In this document: positions 28,955 to 38,897 of the stretch, piece after piece
Numbering within the stretch: position 1 is the stretch's first letter
Layout of the letters: each line of letters starts with the position of its first letter
Source of the DNA: a virus
DNA: 64,000 bases
Strand: one strand, 5' to 3'
IMG/VR virus record: IMGVR_UViG_3300005681_000033
Location: 102,784 to 166,783 of that record
Program-made: the position numbers and the translations under genes
Notes under the pieces: model-generated
Databases searched by the model: none
The model's input: only the letters and a program-made list of their open reading frames with translations
What the model was told of the DNA's origin: nothing

Positions 28955-29924
28955 ATACGACTTTTCTTGGGGAAATCCTTATTTTTTATTGGATATTTTA
29001 AATAGTAGAATTTCTATTACAACACATAGTATTTTAGACATGGCTTATGGTCCATATGATGGAAATCCAGATCTTATTAAAAATACCCATGATGTGATTT
29101 ACCAAACAACCAACCAACGATATCAACATATATTAATTACAAATGGAGCTTCAGGGGCTTTAAATTTAATTTTAAGAAGATTTAAAGCTAAAAATGGACA
29201 AAAGGTGTTTACCACACCATATGGATATCCTTCTTATGATAGTTTTATCAACAGAGCTGGATTGGAAAGGGTAAGAAATTTAAACGCAATGCCATTACAT
29301 TTGACAACTGGAAATCATCTTTATATGCGACTTATTGATTCACCAGAAAATCCAACAGGAACTCAATATAATATTGGCGATGCAAATACAGATACATGGG
29401 ATTCTGTGTATAACAATCAAATCTATACCAAAACACCATTTATAGTGCCAAATCATCGAGTTATGGTTGGTTCTTATAGCAAGCTCTTAGGAATTGCCGG
29501 TGCTAGAATTGGCTTTATTGCTACAAACGATTTATTACTTTACGAAGATCTCAAAATTGAATCAAAGGCAGAGTATACTGGTGTTTCTAAACTTAGCCAA
29601 GAATTGATCGTAAGTATTCTGAAACAGATTGATTTAAATCAATTTATGAGAGATGGTTCGAACGATCTTGCAGATAACAAATACGAATTTACCAAGTTAG
29701 AATACTTATTTGATGGACAACGTGTAAATGAAGTTGGGATGTTCTATTGTGCCAAGATTCATCCAAAGGCACGCGATTTGCTGGACAAATGTGGTGTTGG
29801 CTATGTAATGCTCGATGACGACACAATCCGTTTAAGTATGGGCCAAACAAAAAAGATTACACAAGAAGGTATTCAATACATTTTAAAAAAGGATAGGGTG
29901 CAAAATGAGAAGAAGACAAAATGA
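28935..29924 (+). CDS. PLP-dependent fold-type I enzyme (TAA1/alliinase-like aminotransferase)
   Basis: ITNGASGAL, SPENPTG, WDSVY, SYSKLLGIAGARIGF, GVSKLSQ; GTG start after GGAG. Confidence 0.8.
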   Translation: MADLIFKYDFSWGNPYFLLDILNSRISITTHSILDMAYGPYDGNPDLIKNTHDVIYQTTNQRYQHILITNGASGALNLILRRFKAKNGQKVFTTPYGYPSYDSFINRAGLERVRNLNAMPLHLTTGNHLYMRLIDSPENPTGTQYNIGDANTDTWDSVYNNQIYTKTPFIVPNHRVMVGSYSKLLGIAGARIGFIATNDLLLYEDLKIESKAEYTGVSKLSQELIVSILKQIDLNQFMRDGSNDLADNKYEFTKLEYLFDGQRVNEVGMFYCAKIHPKARDLLDKCGVGYVMLDDDTIRLSMGQTKKITQEGIQYILKKDRVQNEKKTK

Positions 29925-30102
29925 AGAGGAAGATGAATCGGTAGCTACAGGAACTGATCTTGAACAGATGATTGCCATGCTTGAAAAGGCTGAGGTTGAT
30001 TACGAAAAGACAGATTCGGACGATGAAATTCTATTAATTGTTGGTGACAGTGATACAATGATGTATTTTAACGAAGATGGCGATCTTCAAAGGGTGCAAT
30101 AG
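29905..30102 (+). CDS. Small acidic hypothetical protein
   Basis: Coupled ORF. Confidence 0.6.
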   Translation: MRRRQNEEEDESVATGTDLEQMIAMLEKAEVDYEKTDSDDEILLIVGDSDTMMYFNEDGDLQRVQ

Positions 30103-30755
30103 TGGTTAAATTAGTTGCAATCACCAAAGGTGTTGGCGATCTCGATGGAATGATGGCTGAAGAAATCATTTCTTACATTGCCCGTGTTTCTAATCCAGCC
30201 AATCAGATGAATACAGAAACAGCACCCAAACTACTAAAATATCTGTCTAAGAATAAGCATTGGTCACCGTTTGAACATATCTCTTTTACATTAGAGATTG
30301 AAACGTCACGGGCTATTGCAGCTCAAATCCTTAGACATAGATCGTTTGTATTCCAGGAGTTCTCACAGCGTTATGCGACCGCTACAGAGTTTGTTAAATA
30401 CGAAGCTCGTAGACAGGATTTAAAGAACCGTCAGAACAGTATCAATGATATGAGTGAAGAAGACCGTCAATGGTTTGCAGACGCTCAAGATGAGGTCATT
30501 GCAGGTAGTAATGCGTTTTATCAAGAAGCTTTAAAAAGAGGTATTGCAAAGGAACAAGCACGTTTTCTCCTTCCTTTGTCCACTAAAACTCGTATTTACA
30601 TGACAGGAAATGTAAGATCTTGGCTTCACTATATCGAATTGCGTTCGGCCAATGGGACTCAGAAAGAGCATATGGACATTGCTCAAGCTGCTAAGGAAGT
30701 CTTTTTGAAAGAATTTCCGTCGACCGCAGCTGCTATGGAATGGAAAAGTACATAG
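30102..30755 (+). CDS. thyX: FAD-dependent thymidylate synthase
   Basis: HWSPFEH, QILRHRSF.FQEFSQRY, EQARFLLP, R...GTQKEH. Confidence 0.95.
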   Translation: MVKLVAITKGVGDLDGMMAEEIISYIARVSNPANQMNTETAPKLLKYLSKNKHWSPFEHISFTLEIETSRAIAAQILRHRSFVFQEFSQRYATATEFVKYEARRQDLKNRQNSINDMSEEDRQWFADAQDEVIAGSNAFYQEALKRGIAKEQARFLLPLSTKTRIYMTGNVRSWLHYIELRSANGTQKEHMDIAQAAKEVFLKEFPSTAAAMEWKST

Positions 30756-30805
30756 TACACTATTCACTATATACAGCTATTCATTTTAAAGTGAATACCA
30801 AAAAC

Positions 30806-30830
30806 AAAGGGAGCTTTTCGCTCCCTTTTT
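30806..30830. terminator. Bidirectional terminator between convergent blocks
   Basis: AAAGGGAGC-5nt-GCTCCCTTT with flanking A/T runs. Confidence 0.8.
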
Positions 30831-30833
30831 AGT

Positions 30834-31010
30834 TTAACCATTATAGAGATTTTCATCCCATTCTTGAAGAATATTATCTTCGCTTTCACTAAGCCATTTT
30901 TGATATTCAACCCAATCTCTATTTTGCGGATCGTTTGGGATAAACGCCTTATCTGACAACCTGATAACAGTTTTAATTTCTTGTTCAGACGATTGTGTTT
31001 TCATATACAT
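30834..31010 (-). CDS. Small tail-fibre-associated protein (58 aa, not in the ORF track)
   Basis: MYMKTQSSEQEIKTVIRLSDKAFIPNDPQNRDWVEYQKWL...; IP.D..N.D..EY..W pattern seen in proteins next to fibre genes; AGGAG RBS. Confidence 0.7.
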   Translation of the reverse strand: MYMKTQSSEQEIKTVIRLSDKAFIPNDPQNRDWVEYQKWLSESEDNILQEWDENLYNG

Positions 31011-31021
31011 AATAAATCTCC

Positions 31022-31612
31022 TTACAATTCAGCGTCAGCTGTCCAATTTGCTGTATTTTGAAAATCAATTGCAGACCCTGCTCCAGACCATTGCCACAAT
31101 ACATGGTGATCATTTGACCCGATGGCCGCAAATCCTCCGACATTAGTCTGGCCAGTATTGTTCAATGTGACAGATGATGGGTTAGCTCTTTTTCTTACTG
31201 AAAATATACTATGACAAAATGAATTTCTACCGACTGTGTCAATATTTTGAAACCTGAAGGTTTGAGCGCCAGCTTCATAATATCTTTGACAAGCAGCTAA
31301 TTCACCTTCAACATATTGACGAATAGTAGTAATATCTCCAGCGGCAATAGAAGTATCAGGAGTTGTCAAATTTAAACGCAAACTGTATTTAAATAAGTAA
31401 CCTGCTTGAGCAAGTGTAGGTACATCAGTATCTTGAGTTAAATTATGAACCATAGCTCCAACTTTTGAATATTGATATCTATCCATAGCATATTGAGTAT
31501 TTACTATACTATTAAAGGTAGTACCTCGCTGAGCAATAACCATATCACCATTAATAAGATAGTTTTTAATGTTTGATTCTTTTGGAATGTTAATTCCTCT
31601 AATTTGTGGCAT
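31022..31612 (-). CDS. Tail-fibre/receptor-binding paralog with internal deletion
   Basis: NYLINGDM.IAQRG...ELAACQRYYE...WTADAEL; paralog of 32418-33482. Confidence 0.75.
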   Translation of the reverse strand: MPQIRGINIPKESNIKNYLINGDMVIAQRGTTFNSIVNTQYAMDRYQYSKVGAMVHNLTQDTDVPTLAQAGYLFKYSLRLNLTTPDTSIAAGDITTIRQYVEGELAACQRYYEAGAQTFRFQNIDTVGRNSFCHSIFSVRKRANPSSVTLNNTGQTNVGGFAAIGSNDHHVLWQWSGAGSAIDFQNTANWTADAEL

Positions 31613-31623
31613 CTTAATTCTCC

Positions 31624-32403
31624 TTATTGATAATATTCCGTTATTTCAATATAACCATTACTGCCAAAACCGCCAGCTCCGCCACTGCCAACGCCTTGAC
31701 CAAGAGCTGATCCGGAGCCGCCAGAACCAAAACCTGTTCCATTTTGACCGCCATTGGTAACCATACGTTGTTGTCCACCTGCACCTAGAACAGATGATCC
31801 TCCAGCGCCGCTTAAAGAAACTGCATTTGTACCTTGGTAAATTGCAGCTTGTCCAGGTTGACCAGTAATGTTAATATCTCCTCCAGATGCTGTTCCGCCA
31901 GCTCCGCCACCACCGCCAAAAGTATCGGCGTTTGCTGCAGCACCATTGGTTCCACCGGAACCGCCGACAGCAGATATAGTGCCAAATGTAGAGCTTCCAC
32001 CAGAACCACCTGTACTATTTATTGCTCCAGCGCCTCCAGAACCAACTGCATATGGATAAGTAAGTGCTGGAGCATATATGATTTTTTGAGAAAAACCACC
32101 AGCTCCGCCACCACCGCCAGCAGATGTTTGTCCTGCACCAGTAGCTTGTGATCCGCCACCACCGCCACCAGCTCCAATAACTTTAACTACAATATATTTT
32201 ACACCAACAGGAGTATTGTACGTACCTGAGCCAGATGTAAACCTCTGAACGGTTGGTAAGGTAAAATTAGTTTTGGTGTCTGTAATTGCTCCATCTTGTA
32301 TATTCTGAGTCTGTACCGTATTTAGACCAATAGTTGTGACTTCGTTACCAGGCGTAGGAATCTTTGCAATTAAACGTTTATTAATTTGTGTTGATTTACT
32401 CAT
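31624..32403 (-). CDS. Glycine-rich tail fibre protein
   Basis: FTSGSGTY.TP.GVK.I.V..IGAGGGGG...G.NGYI.I.EY. Confidence 0.8.
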   Translation of the reverse strand: MSKSTQINKRLIAKIPTPGNEVTTIGLNTVQTQNIQDGAITDTKTNFTLPTVQRFTSGSGTYNTPVGVKYIVVKVIGAGGGGGGSQATGAGQTSAGGGGGAGGFSQKIIYAPALTYPYAVGSGGAGAINSTGGSGGSSTFGTISAVGGSGGTNGAAANADTFGGGGGAGGTASGGDINITGQPGQAAIYQGTNAVSLSGAGGSSVLGAGGQQRMVTNGGQNGTGFGSGGSGSALGQGVGSGGAGGFGSNGYIEITEYYQ

Positions 32404-32417
32404 ATTTTATCCTTAAA

Positions 32418-33482
32418 TTATAATTCTGCTTCAGCGACCCAATGAACTTTACAAGTAGCTCCACCTGCTGTAGAGTTACTTTGGCCGCCCAAAGCAAAGC
32501 CTGTCTGTCCAGGGTTAGCCGTAGTAGAAGACCAGTCTCCAGGTGTTCCGCCTATAGACCTAATCTGGTTATTTGCCGCATTAGGATTTAACATAGTAAC
32601 CGTTGGAGTAGCTCTTTTAGTTGCCTTAAATGTCACCGGGGCTACTTCTTGAGAAGTACTCGGAGATAAATTTGGAAATGAGTGAGCGCCAGTTAATATT
32701 CCAGAGTTAGTTACAGGAACATCGGTAATGTTAAAACTTTTTTCATAATATCTTTGACAAGCTACCAATTCTTCATCAATCGACGCACCAAATGTCTTGA
32801 AAGCTTGAGCGGCGTTACCTTCGTTTAACATAACACCGGTAATTCTAAAATCAGTAGCTCCAGTATTAGTTCCATTTACTTGATTAGAAGTAGCACTAAA
32901 GTCGCCAGTTTGCCAAGAACCAGCTGTTGTTTGAAAAGTAGAACCACACGCTATAGTCCATGAAACTCTAAGACCTACTCCATTAGTGTAGTTCCAAGTT
33001 CCAGCAGTAGGAGATGCACTAACAGTTATTGTTTTATATTCCCAAGTATTAGCACTATTTATAGTATATTCTGCAACATATGAACGATCAGCTCCCGAAT
33101 TAGAAAAAGCTACACAATAAGTACCAGTTAGAGTTGCTTTTACCCAAAAAGAAAAAGTAAAACTTTTTTGAGCTAAATTAATAAAATTATATCCCTCAAT
33201 GTAATGTCTCATTATACAAAATTCACCTGCTGCTATAGAAGTATCAGGAGTTGTTAAGTTTAGTCTTAAGCTATTCTTAAATAAATAACCTGCTTGGGCA
33301 AAAGTAGGAACATCTGTATCTTGTGATATCGTATGTACCATAGCGCCATTCTTTAAATATTGATTTCTATCAAGAGTGTACTGACCATTAGTTGGTGCTA
33401 CAAAACTAGGTCCTCTTTGAGCGATTTGCATATCACCATTAATAATTAAATTTTGTTTTGGTTTTGAACTAATAATTCCCAT
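32418..33482 (-). CDS. Tail-fibre/receptor-binding protein with CBM-like central domain
   Basis: NLIINGDMQIAQRG, TFSFWVKA, ELVACQRYYEKS, KRATPTVT, WVAEAEL. Confidence 0.8.
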   Translation of the reverse strand: MGIISSKPKQNLIINGDMQIAQRGPSFVAPTNGQYTLDRNQYLKNGAMVHTISQDTDVPTFAQAGYLFKNSLRLNLTTPDTSIAAGEFCIMRHYIEGYNFINLAQKSFTFSFWVKATLTGTYCVAFSNSGADRSYVAEYTINSANTWEYKTITVSASPTAGTWNYTNGVGLRVSWTIACGSTFQTTAGSWQTGDFSATSNQVNGTNTGATDFRITGVMLNEGNAAQAFKTFGASIDEELVACQRYYEKSFNITDVPVTNSGILTGAHSFPNLSPSTSQEVAPVTFKATKRATPTVTMLNPNAANNQIRSIGGTPGDWSSTTANPGQTGFALGGQSNSTAGGATCKVHWVAEAEL

Positions 33483-33484
33483 AA

Positions 33485-35620
33485 TTACTCCGTAATAATC
33501 TCAAACACATTGTCTAGGTTTGCAGGGTCATTGGAAAATGAACCTGTCATGTAACAATCTGTCATGAAGCATTTATTTGCTCCACTATTAAAGGTTACGT
33601 TTCCAGATACTTTTAACCACTTGATAATAGAACCCAAAGCACCTGAGGCAACAGTTAAGTTACCACTAAGTACTGAACCTGGCCCTTTTCCAGAGATCAT
33701 CAGTCTCTTACTTAAAGTTGTATTTCCAGAAAGAGTCACGTTATTTAACACTAAAATATTACTTCCAACCACAACTGCATCATGAGCTGCCTGTAAACTA
33801 GAATGCGTTGCTGTTCCAGCTGTGACTTGAGCTGCACTTCCCACAATCGCATCGTACAAACCAATAAGTTTATTAGATTGTGTGAAAGAAGCATCGTAAA
33901 CACCAAACTGTTTGATAATCATAATATCAACAGTTGCTACAGATAGGTCTGTACTGAATAGAATTCTTCTATACAACCCATTTGAATCTGTGGTCACTGT
34001 ATAACTTAATTGTGAACTTGGATTTACACCACTAGAAATAAATTTTGGTACATCTTGTCCATTTACTGTTACCTTTACCTGAGCACCAACACCGCCTGGG
34101 TCAACACTAGGATTGACATCAAAATTTAAGTCAAATCGTGTAAAACCACCAGAAGTAGAAATGGTTCCGTTATAGGTAGTTGTCGAATTATCACTAGTTC
34201 CATAGGCAGAAGCTAACACCCCACCATTAATAGCCTCGGCTTCTTGGTAAAAGTTAGCTGTATAATCTAAAAGATTTGCACCTGCGGTTACAGAGCCATT
34301 CCCAGGATTGCAGAAAAATACTAAAAATAAACGTTCGTCATCAGTATTAGCTGTAATTGGAAAGTGAGATAAAGAACTTGGAGCTGCTGGTCTTACCAAC
34401 AAGTTTCCATTAACAGCAGATCCTTGATTCCAAAATGTTGTTAATGGGAAATCGGTATCAGCTTGTAAGCCTTCATTACATGCACTCATTACAATTCGAG
34501 CTGTTTGTGTAAAATCACCAACATCATCGTTAGCTGCTAAACTATCCATGTAATCAATCAAAACTTGATTGACATTTTCATTTGGATAAAAATCTCTAGG
34601 TCTAGTTAATTCAGTTACAGAACCATAATTCACTAGATCTTGAATCCAAACAGCTTGAGAAATCATCAAAGTGTTGCCGTTTGCAGCATCTCCACCAGAA
34701 AAAGCTGCATCCAAAACAAAATCTGTTTGAGAGTTAACCGTGCCGATTCTTCTCCATTGTCCAATTCGAGCGCCATTGGTCATATAAACAATGTCACCAA
34801 CCTGAACTGTAAAGCTAGGAGCTGAATTGATTGTTAATGCAGTACCAGAAGAGGTGTTAACTGTTTTTGACTTATCACAAAGTAATCTATAAAGTTTTTT
34901 ACCAGCATCGTAGGTTGCTTTTGTGTATGTTGAATAAACAGTGTCGTCTGCACTACCCTGAATTGCCGAAAATGAATCGTTGATAAGCATTTTGTAGCCA
35001 GGAGCTACTTCTAAAACACCAGAACCTGAACCAGAACCACCAGCACCAGTGCCAACATACTGATAGATTTTAGTTTGAGGGATAACCTGAACAACACCAG
35101 CGATAGTTTGTAGAGTGATGAATCCAATTGGAATTACACTGTCAGGAGCAGCTGTTACTGTGGCATTGGCCTCAGTAGCATTTGAGGTACCAAAGATAAG
35201 ATTTAAGTTATTGTTTGCATCTAAATAAACAAGTGCTTTAATGTATTCATTCGCACCCATTGAAAAAGTAGCATTGTTCCCTGGAGATACCGTTACAGTT
35301 CCTGGAGAAGCTGGAAAAGTGATTGTTCCACCAGCAAAATTAGGTGTATTAGCACCAATTGTTGGGAGAGCTTTAGAAAATGAGCTTTCTGAGTTAGTTA
35401 AAAGACCAGCACCTACGTTCACAATAAGTGAAGCAGGGGAATTTGCAGTTAAACGTAAAAGCGGTGTTAACTCAGCGTTAATACTTGCCAGTAAATTGTC
35501 TAATTCACTTTGATTGGCTGGTTTAGCATCTGATGTGCCAGCATAACCAGTAGCACTTGCAATTTGTTGCAAATACTGTCTAATCGTGACTTGTCTGGCA
35601 TCTGTGATTGTGCGAGCCAT
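33485..35620 (-). CDS. Virion structural/tail fibre protein
   Basis: 711-aa S/T/G/N-rich beta protein with beta-helix-like C-terminus, in the fibre cluster. Confidence 0.65.
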   Translation of the reverse strand: MARTITDARQVTIRQYLQQIASATGYAGTSDAKPANQSELDNLLASINAELTPLLRLTANSPASLIVNVGAGLLTNSESSFSKALPTIGANTPNFAGGTITFPASPGTVTVSPGNNATFSMGANEYIKALVYLDANNNLNLIFGTSNATEANATVTAAPDSVIPIGFITLQTIAGVVQVIPQTKIYQYVGTGAGGSGSGSGVLEVAPGYKMLINDSFSAIQGSADDTVYSTYTKATYDAGKKLYRLLCDKSKTVNTSSGTALTINSAPSFTVQVGDIVYMTNGARIGQWRRIGTVNSQTDFVLDAAFSGGDAANGNTLMISQAVWIQDLVNYGSVTELTRPRDFYPNENVNQVLIDYMDSLAANDDVGDFTQTARIVMSACNEGLQADTDFPLTTFWNQGSAVNGNLLVRPAAPSSLSHFPITANTDDERLFLVFFCNPGNGSVTAGANLLDYTANFYQEAEAINGGVLASAYGTSDNSTTTYNGTISTSGGFTRFDLNFDVNPSVDPGGVGAQVKVTVNGQDVPKFISSGVNPSSQLSYTVTTDSNGLYRRILFSTDLSVATVDIMIIKQFGVYDASFTQSNKLIGLYDAIVGSAAQVTAGTATHSSLQAAHDAVVVGSNILVLNNVTLSGNTTLSKRLMISGKGPGSVLSGNLTVASGALGSIIKWLKVSGNVTFNSGANKCFMTDCYMTGSFSNDPANLDNVFEIITE

Positions 35621-36228
35621 TACTCACTTCCTTTAGAAAGATTCTCTTGTGCCCATAAAGGCTGTAAATTACTATAATGACAAGATTGAAAAATAGATTC
35701 CTCTTTTGTCAAATCAAACTTAGCTAATGGGATGATGTGATCTATATGCCACCCTGTCAATCCCCAATTTTCCCAAGTCATGCCTGGTTGAAATTTTGAT
35801 TCTAAATGAATCTTTAAATTGGCAATAGAACAACCTAAATACTTTTCAGTATTTAACTTCTTTCCCCTTCCCTTTAAAGCCATGTATAATCTCGATCTCA
35901 TATTTTCTTTTATTTTAAATTCAACATCACTTTTCATCTTGTTTCTTTTCCATTCAAGTTTATTAGCTTTGTTGTTTTTGTACCATTCTTTGTAGCGATT
36001 TCTATCTTTTTCCCTATTGTTTTGAAACCATAGGTTGTTTTTGATTGAAATTGCCTCTTTGTTGTTTAAATAGTATGCTTTTTGATATTCAACAATCCTC
36101 TCTTTGTTTAAAGATTGGTATTGTTTCTTACATTCCTTACACACACTATCTATCCCTAACATACCCTTTTTATGCTTATGAAATTGATCATTTTCTTTAT
36201 CAATTTCACACTTACTACACTTTTTCAC
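35620..36228 (-). mobile_element. HNH homing endonuclease gene
   Basis: CSKC...CKEC, LGCS, WHIDHIIP, CHYSNLQPLW..ENL.K; overlaps both neighbours. Confidence 0.85.
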
Positions 36229-36545
36229 GGCGCACGATCAATTCTAAATCGTAAAAAATCACCAGCTACCAACTGAAAAGTAAATTGCACTTGAGTTGAA
36301 GAAGCGTAGGTGTAGTCCAAAACTGGACGTAAACGATCTAAACCTAAATAAATTTCCAGTTCTGGACCAGTGTAGGTTTGTCCACTGGGTAGAGTTACAG
36401 AAGAACCTGCGTTGATAGGACCGTTAATTTGACCTGCTCCTGCGCCTGCAGAAACAACCTCTAATTGCTGGTCGTAGATAGTTGGGGATGCACTTTCGTC
36501 TACCATTCTTGGTATACCAGCTACTAATGCTAATTTTCTAGCCAT
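36225..36545 (-). CDS. Small virion protein
   Basis: Resembles a segment of 39979-42759 (GP..AG..V..P, DYT, VQFTFQL...D.L.FR). Confidence 0.65.
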   Translation of the reverse strand: MARKLALVAGIPRMVDESASPTIYDQQLEVVSAGAGAGQINGPINAGSSVTLPSGQTYTGPELEIYLGLDRLRPVLDYTYASSTQVQFTFQLVAGDFLRFRIDRAP

Positions 36546-36564
36546 TTAATCCCTCAACTACCTT

Positions 36565-36575
36565 ATTATACCACA
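36565..36575 (-). promoter_or_regulatory. Extended -10 promoter TGTGGTATAAT
   Basis: Reverse complement ATTATACCACA in the intergenic gap. Confidence 0.7.
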
Positions 36576-36577
36576 AA

Positions 36578-38587
36578 TTAAGCGATACCGTTCAGTTGCA
36601 TAGCCTGAACCATAATTTTTCCTGTCTCTTGTACCATACCAATTCTTACAGAAGCGCGGTTAGAAAGATCAGGGTATGAAACTTGAGATACTGCATCCCA
36701 TGCTCCAGAAGCTACCAAGTGTACTGGTTCGCCAACTTCACCAGCAGCAAAAGCCGTATCGTTAGCAAGTAATGAGATTTCACCCATCATAATAACTGTG
36801 ATGTTCTGTCCTGCAGATACAGCACCTGTAGGCTGAACCAATCCAATTACATAGAAATTGTTTACAGACGAAGCATCGTAGTCAGCTTTATAAACTCGAC
36901 CAGCTGTTTCACCAGTTCTAGCCATACGAACTGCAAATGTAGTGTCAGCAGCGAATGATTCGCCAGCTACCATTACCTTACGGATGCTTGGAGCGTGTTG
37001 AACAGCAGCAGCTGAACCAGAACCACCTGTGATGGTTAATTGGTCATACGCACCTGATTTAATTCTTAATGCATTTGAATTGCGCTCGATAGAAGAATCG
37101 TCAACTTCAACTTGGATTTTTGATCCACCGCCACCAGTGATTGCACCAGTAGAAGAGAATGAAGTAGAAACAATTTTGTTTTCATCAACTGAATTCGCAG
37201 CCAATTTAGCTAATGTAACACCAAGATCTTTAATTCTTAATGCATTTGAGCTGATTTCGATAGTTGAGTTATCAACTTGAACAGCTGTACCAGCAGCACC
37301 AGCAAGTAAAGCACCTGCAGGGTCAAATTTGATTGCAAGTTCATTAGAACCTGTAAATCTTAATGAAGGATTTGAAGCCTCAAGTTTAATTCTTAACTGA
37401 CCAGCTACGTTACCAGGATTTGTTGATTCTAAACCAGATACAGTTGCCAAATCGACAGAGAAAGTCGAACCGGCAAAAGTGATCATGTCACCGCCGATTA
37501 AACCAGCGATTGGATTGAAATATGAGAAATTAATTGGGTCTGTACCAATAGCAGATACAACACCATACTGAACAAATACTTGTCCAGCTTGCGAACCTTC
37601 GCGGATCGCAACCCACGCACCATTTACCTCATCAATAGGAGATAAAGAATCCATGTCTGTTGCACGTGACCACGCACCAGCAGCAGCTACGTAAATACCA
37701 TTTTCTTCAGGAGCTGATTGGTTTTTAACCAAAACTCTATCGCCAGCAATGATTGAAACGCCATCGATAGTTTGAGCACCGCTTAAAGCGATGTTTGCTG
37801 TTGTTGCAGCACGAGCAGGAGCTTTAGGAGTAAGACCATTTAAACGAGCTTGCAAATAAGACAATGACACTGCGTCTTGAGCAGCAACTGGGTCAGCTAA
37901 ATTTGTAAGCTTAAAACCACCCATTGATTGATCTGCAGCAAAAGCATTAACACCAGAAATTAAAATCGCTTGTTCATAACGAACTGAATCACCAGATGAA
38001 GAACCAGCCGCCAAACCTGTAAGCTTAAAACCACCCATAGGTTGGTTTGCTGTAAAAGATCGTGAACCATCACGAAGAATTGAGTTGTTTACATCAGCTA
38101 AATCCACATTGGCGTCAGCCATTGTGATTGTGCGAGTAGTAGCTGCAGAAATGTTAGCTAATTGAAACTTTAAAAGTTTAGAATTATCCAAATTGTCATA
38201 AAGCTCAAAAATACTGTCATCAAATGAAGTACCACCAGCAGCAGCTAAAGCCGCATCGATACCTTCTAAGTGATCTTGTACTACCTGAGAAGCTGCAGAG
38301 TAATTAACAGGAGTGTTATTAACACCAATTCTATCAGCACCTGAAGTACCGCCAGTAGAACCTAATTCAGTCTCTGTAAAATAACGACCGTCATGTGTAT
38401 GATAACTTGAATCAACATCAGAACCGTTCTGTAAAGATACCAAACGATCTAAAATCGCCTTGGTTAACTCTGTATTTGAAACACCACCGCCAACTTTAAT
38501 AGACGTGGTGACTAATGTATTTGAAGCAATGTCCACATTTCGTGTGGTACCTTGAATCAACCTTGCTAAAACTGAAATATCAGCCAT
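36578..38587 (-). CDS. Virion fibre/decoration protein with internal repeats
   Basis: MGGFKLT.LA x2, ARAATTANIALSG.QTIDGV...GDRVLVKNQ...ENGIY, VD.S.IE..SNALRIK x2. Confidence 0.75.
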   Translation of the reverse strand: MADISVLARLIQGTTRNVDIASNTLVTTSIKVGGGVSNTELTKAILDRLVSLQNGSDVDSSYHTHDGRYFTETELGSTGGTSGADRIGVNNTPVNYSAASQVVQDHLEGIDAALAAAGGTSFDDSIFELYDNLDNSKLLKFQLANISAATTRTITMADANVDLADVNNSILRDGSRSFTANQPMGGFKLTGLAAGSSSGDSVRYEQAILISGVNAFAADQSMGGFKLTNLADPVAAQDAVSLSYLQARLNGLTPKAPARAATTANIALSGAQTIDGVSIIAGDRVLVKNQSAPEENGIYVAAAGAWSRATDMDSLSPIDEVNGAWVAIREGSQAGQVFVQYGVVSAIGTDPINFSYFNPIAGLIGGDMITFAGSTFSVDLATVSGLESTNPGNVAGQLRIKLEASNPSLRFTGSNELAIKFDPAGALLAGAAGTAVQVDNSTIEISSNALRIKDLGVTLAKLAANSVDENKIVSTSFSSTGAITGGGGSKIQVEVDDSSIERNSNALRIKSGAYDQLTITGGSGSAAAVQHAPSIRKVMVAGESFAADTTFAVRMARTGETAGRVYKADYDASSVNNFYVIGLVQPTGAVSAGQNITVIMMGEISLLANDTAFAAGEVGEPVHLVASGAWDAVSQVSYPDLSNRASVRIGMVQETGKIMVQAMQLNGIA

Positions 38588-38605
38588 TTAATAACTCCTA
38601 ATTGC

Positions 38606-38890
38606 TTACGTTGTTAAAGATTGCTCTTTAACGGCTTTTTTGGACTTTCGTCCACGTTTTGGTTTTTCTTTAATGTTTTCAATAACTTGTTCTTTATTTT
38701 CTTGTAAAGGAACAATTTTATAATGAATTTGTGTTTGCATACCATAAATATTCAGAATTTCATTACATTTTAGGTTTGCTTCATCCATGATTTTAGCCAT
38801 TTCTTGCCCAATTTGAGCACTAATAGCCTCAGCTTGTTGCATAGACATCTTGTTTAGATCGACTTTTCGCTCACGTTTACTGTGGTGCAT
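38606..38890 (-). CDS. Hypothetical protein
   Basis: GGAG RBS, basic C-terminus. Confidence 0.6.
   Translation of the reverse strand: MHHSKRERKVDLNKMSMQQAEAISAQIGQEMAKIMDEANLKCNEILNIYGMQTQIHYKIVPLQENKEQVIENIKEKPKRGRKSKKAVKEQSLTT
38614..38624 (-). promoter_or_regulatory. Putative late promoter GCAATCTTTAA
   Basis: Upstream of AGGAG RBS of the gene starting at 38587. Confidence 0.5.
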
Positions 38891-38897
38891 AAAACTC

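Noticed and set aside
31624-32403. GC-rich CCGCCA/CCACCG repeats as a DNA element
   Set aside because: Explained by poly-glycine codons in the fibre protein
31022-33482. Diversity-generating retroelement (TR/VR pair)
   Set aside because: Differences between the paralogs are not adenine-specific and no reverse transcriptase is in the window
36108-36118. CCAATCTTTAA inside the HNH gene
   Set aside because: About 490 nt from the next start and lacks the preceding purine; not counted as a late promoter
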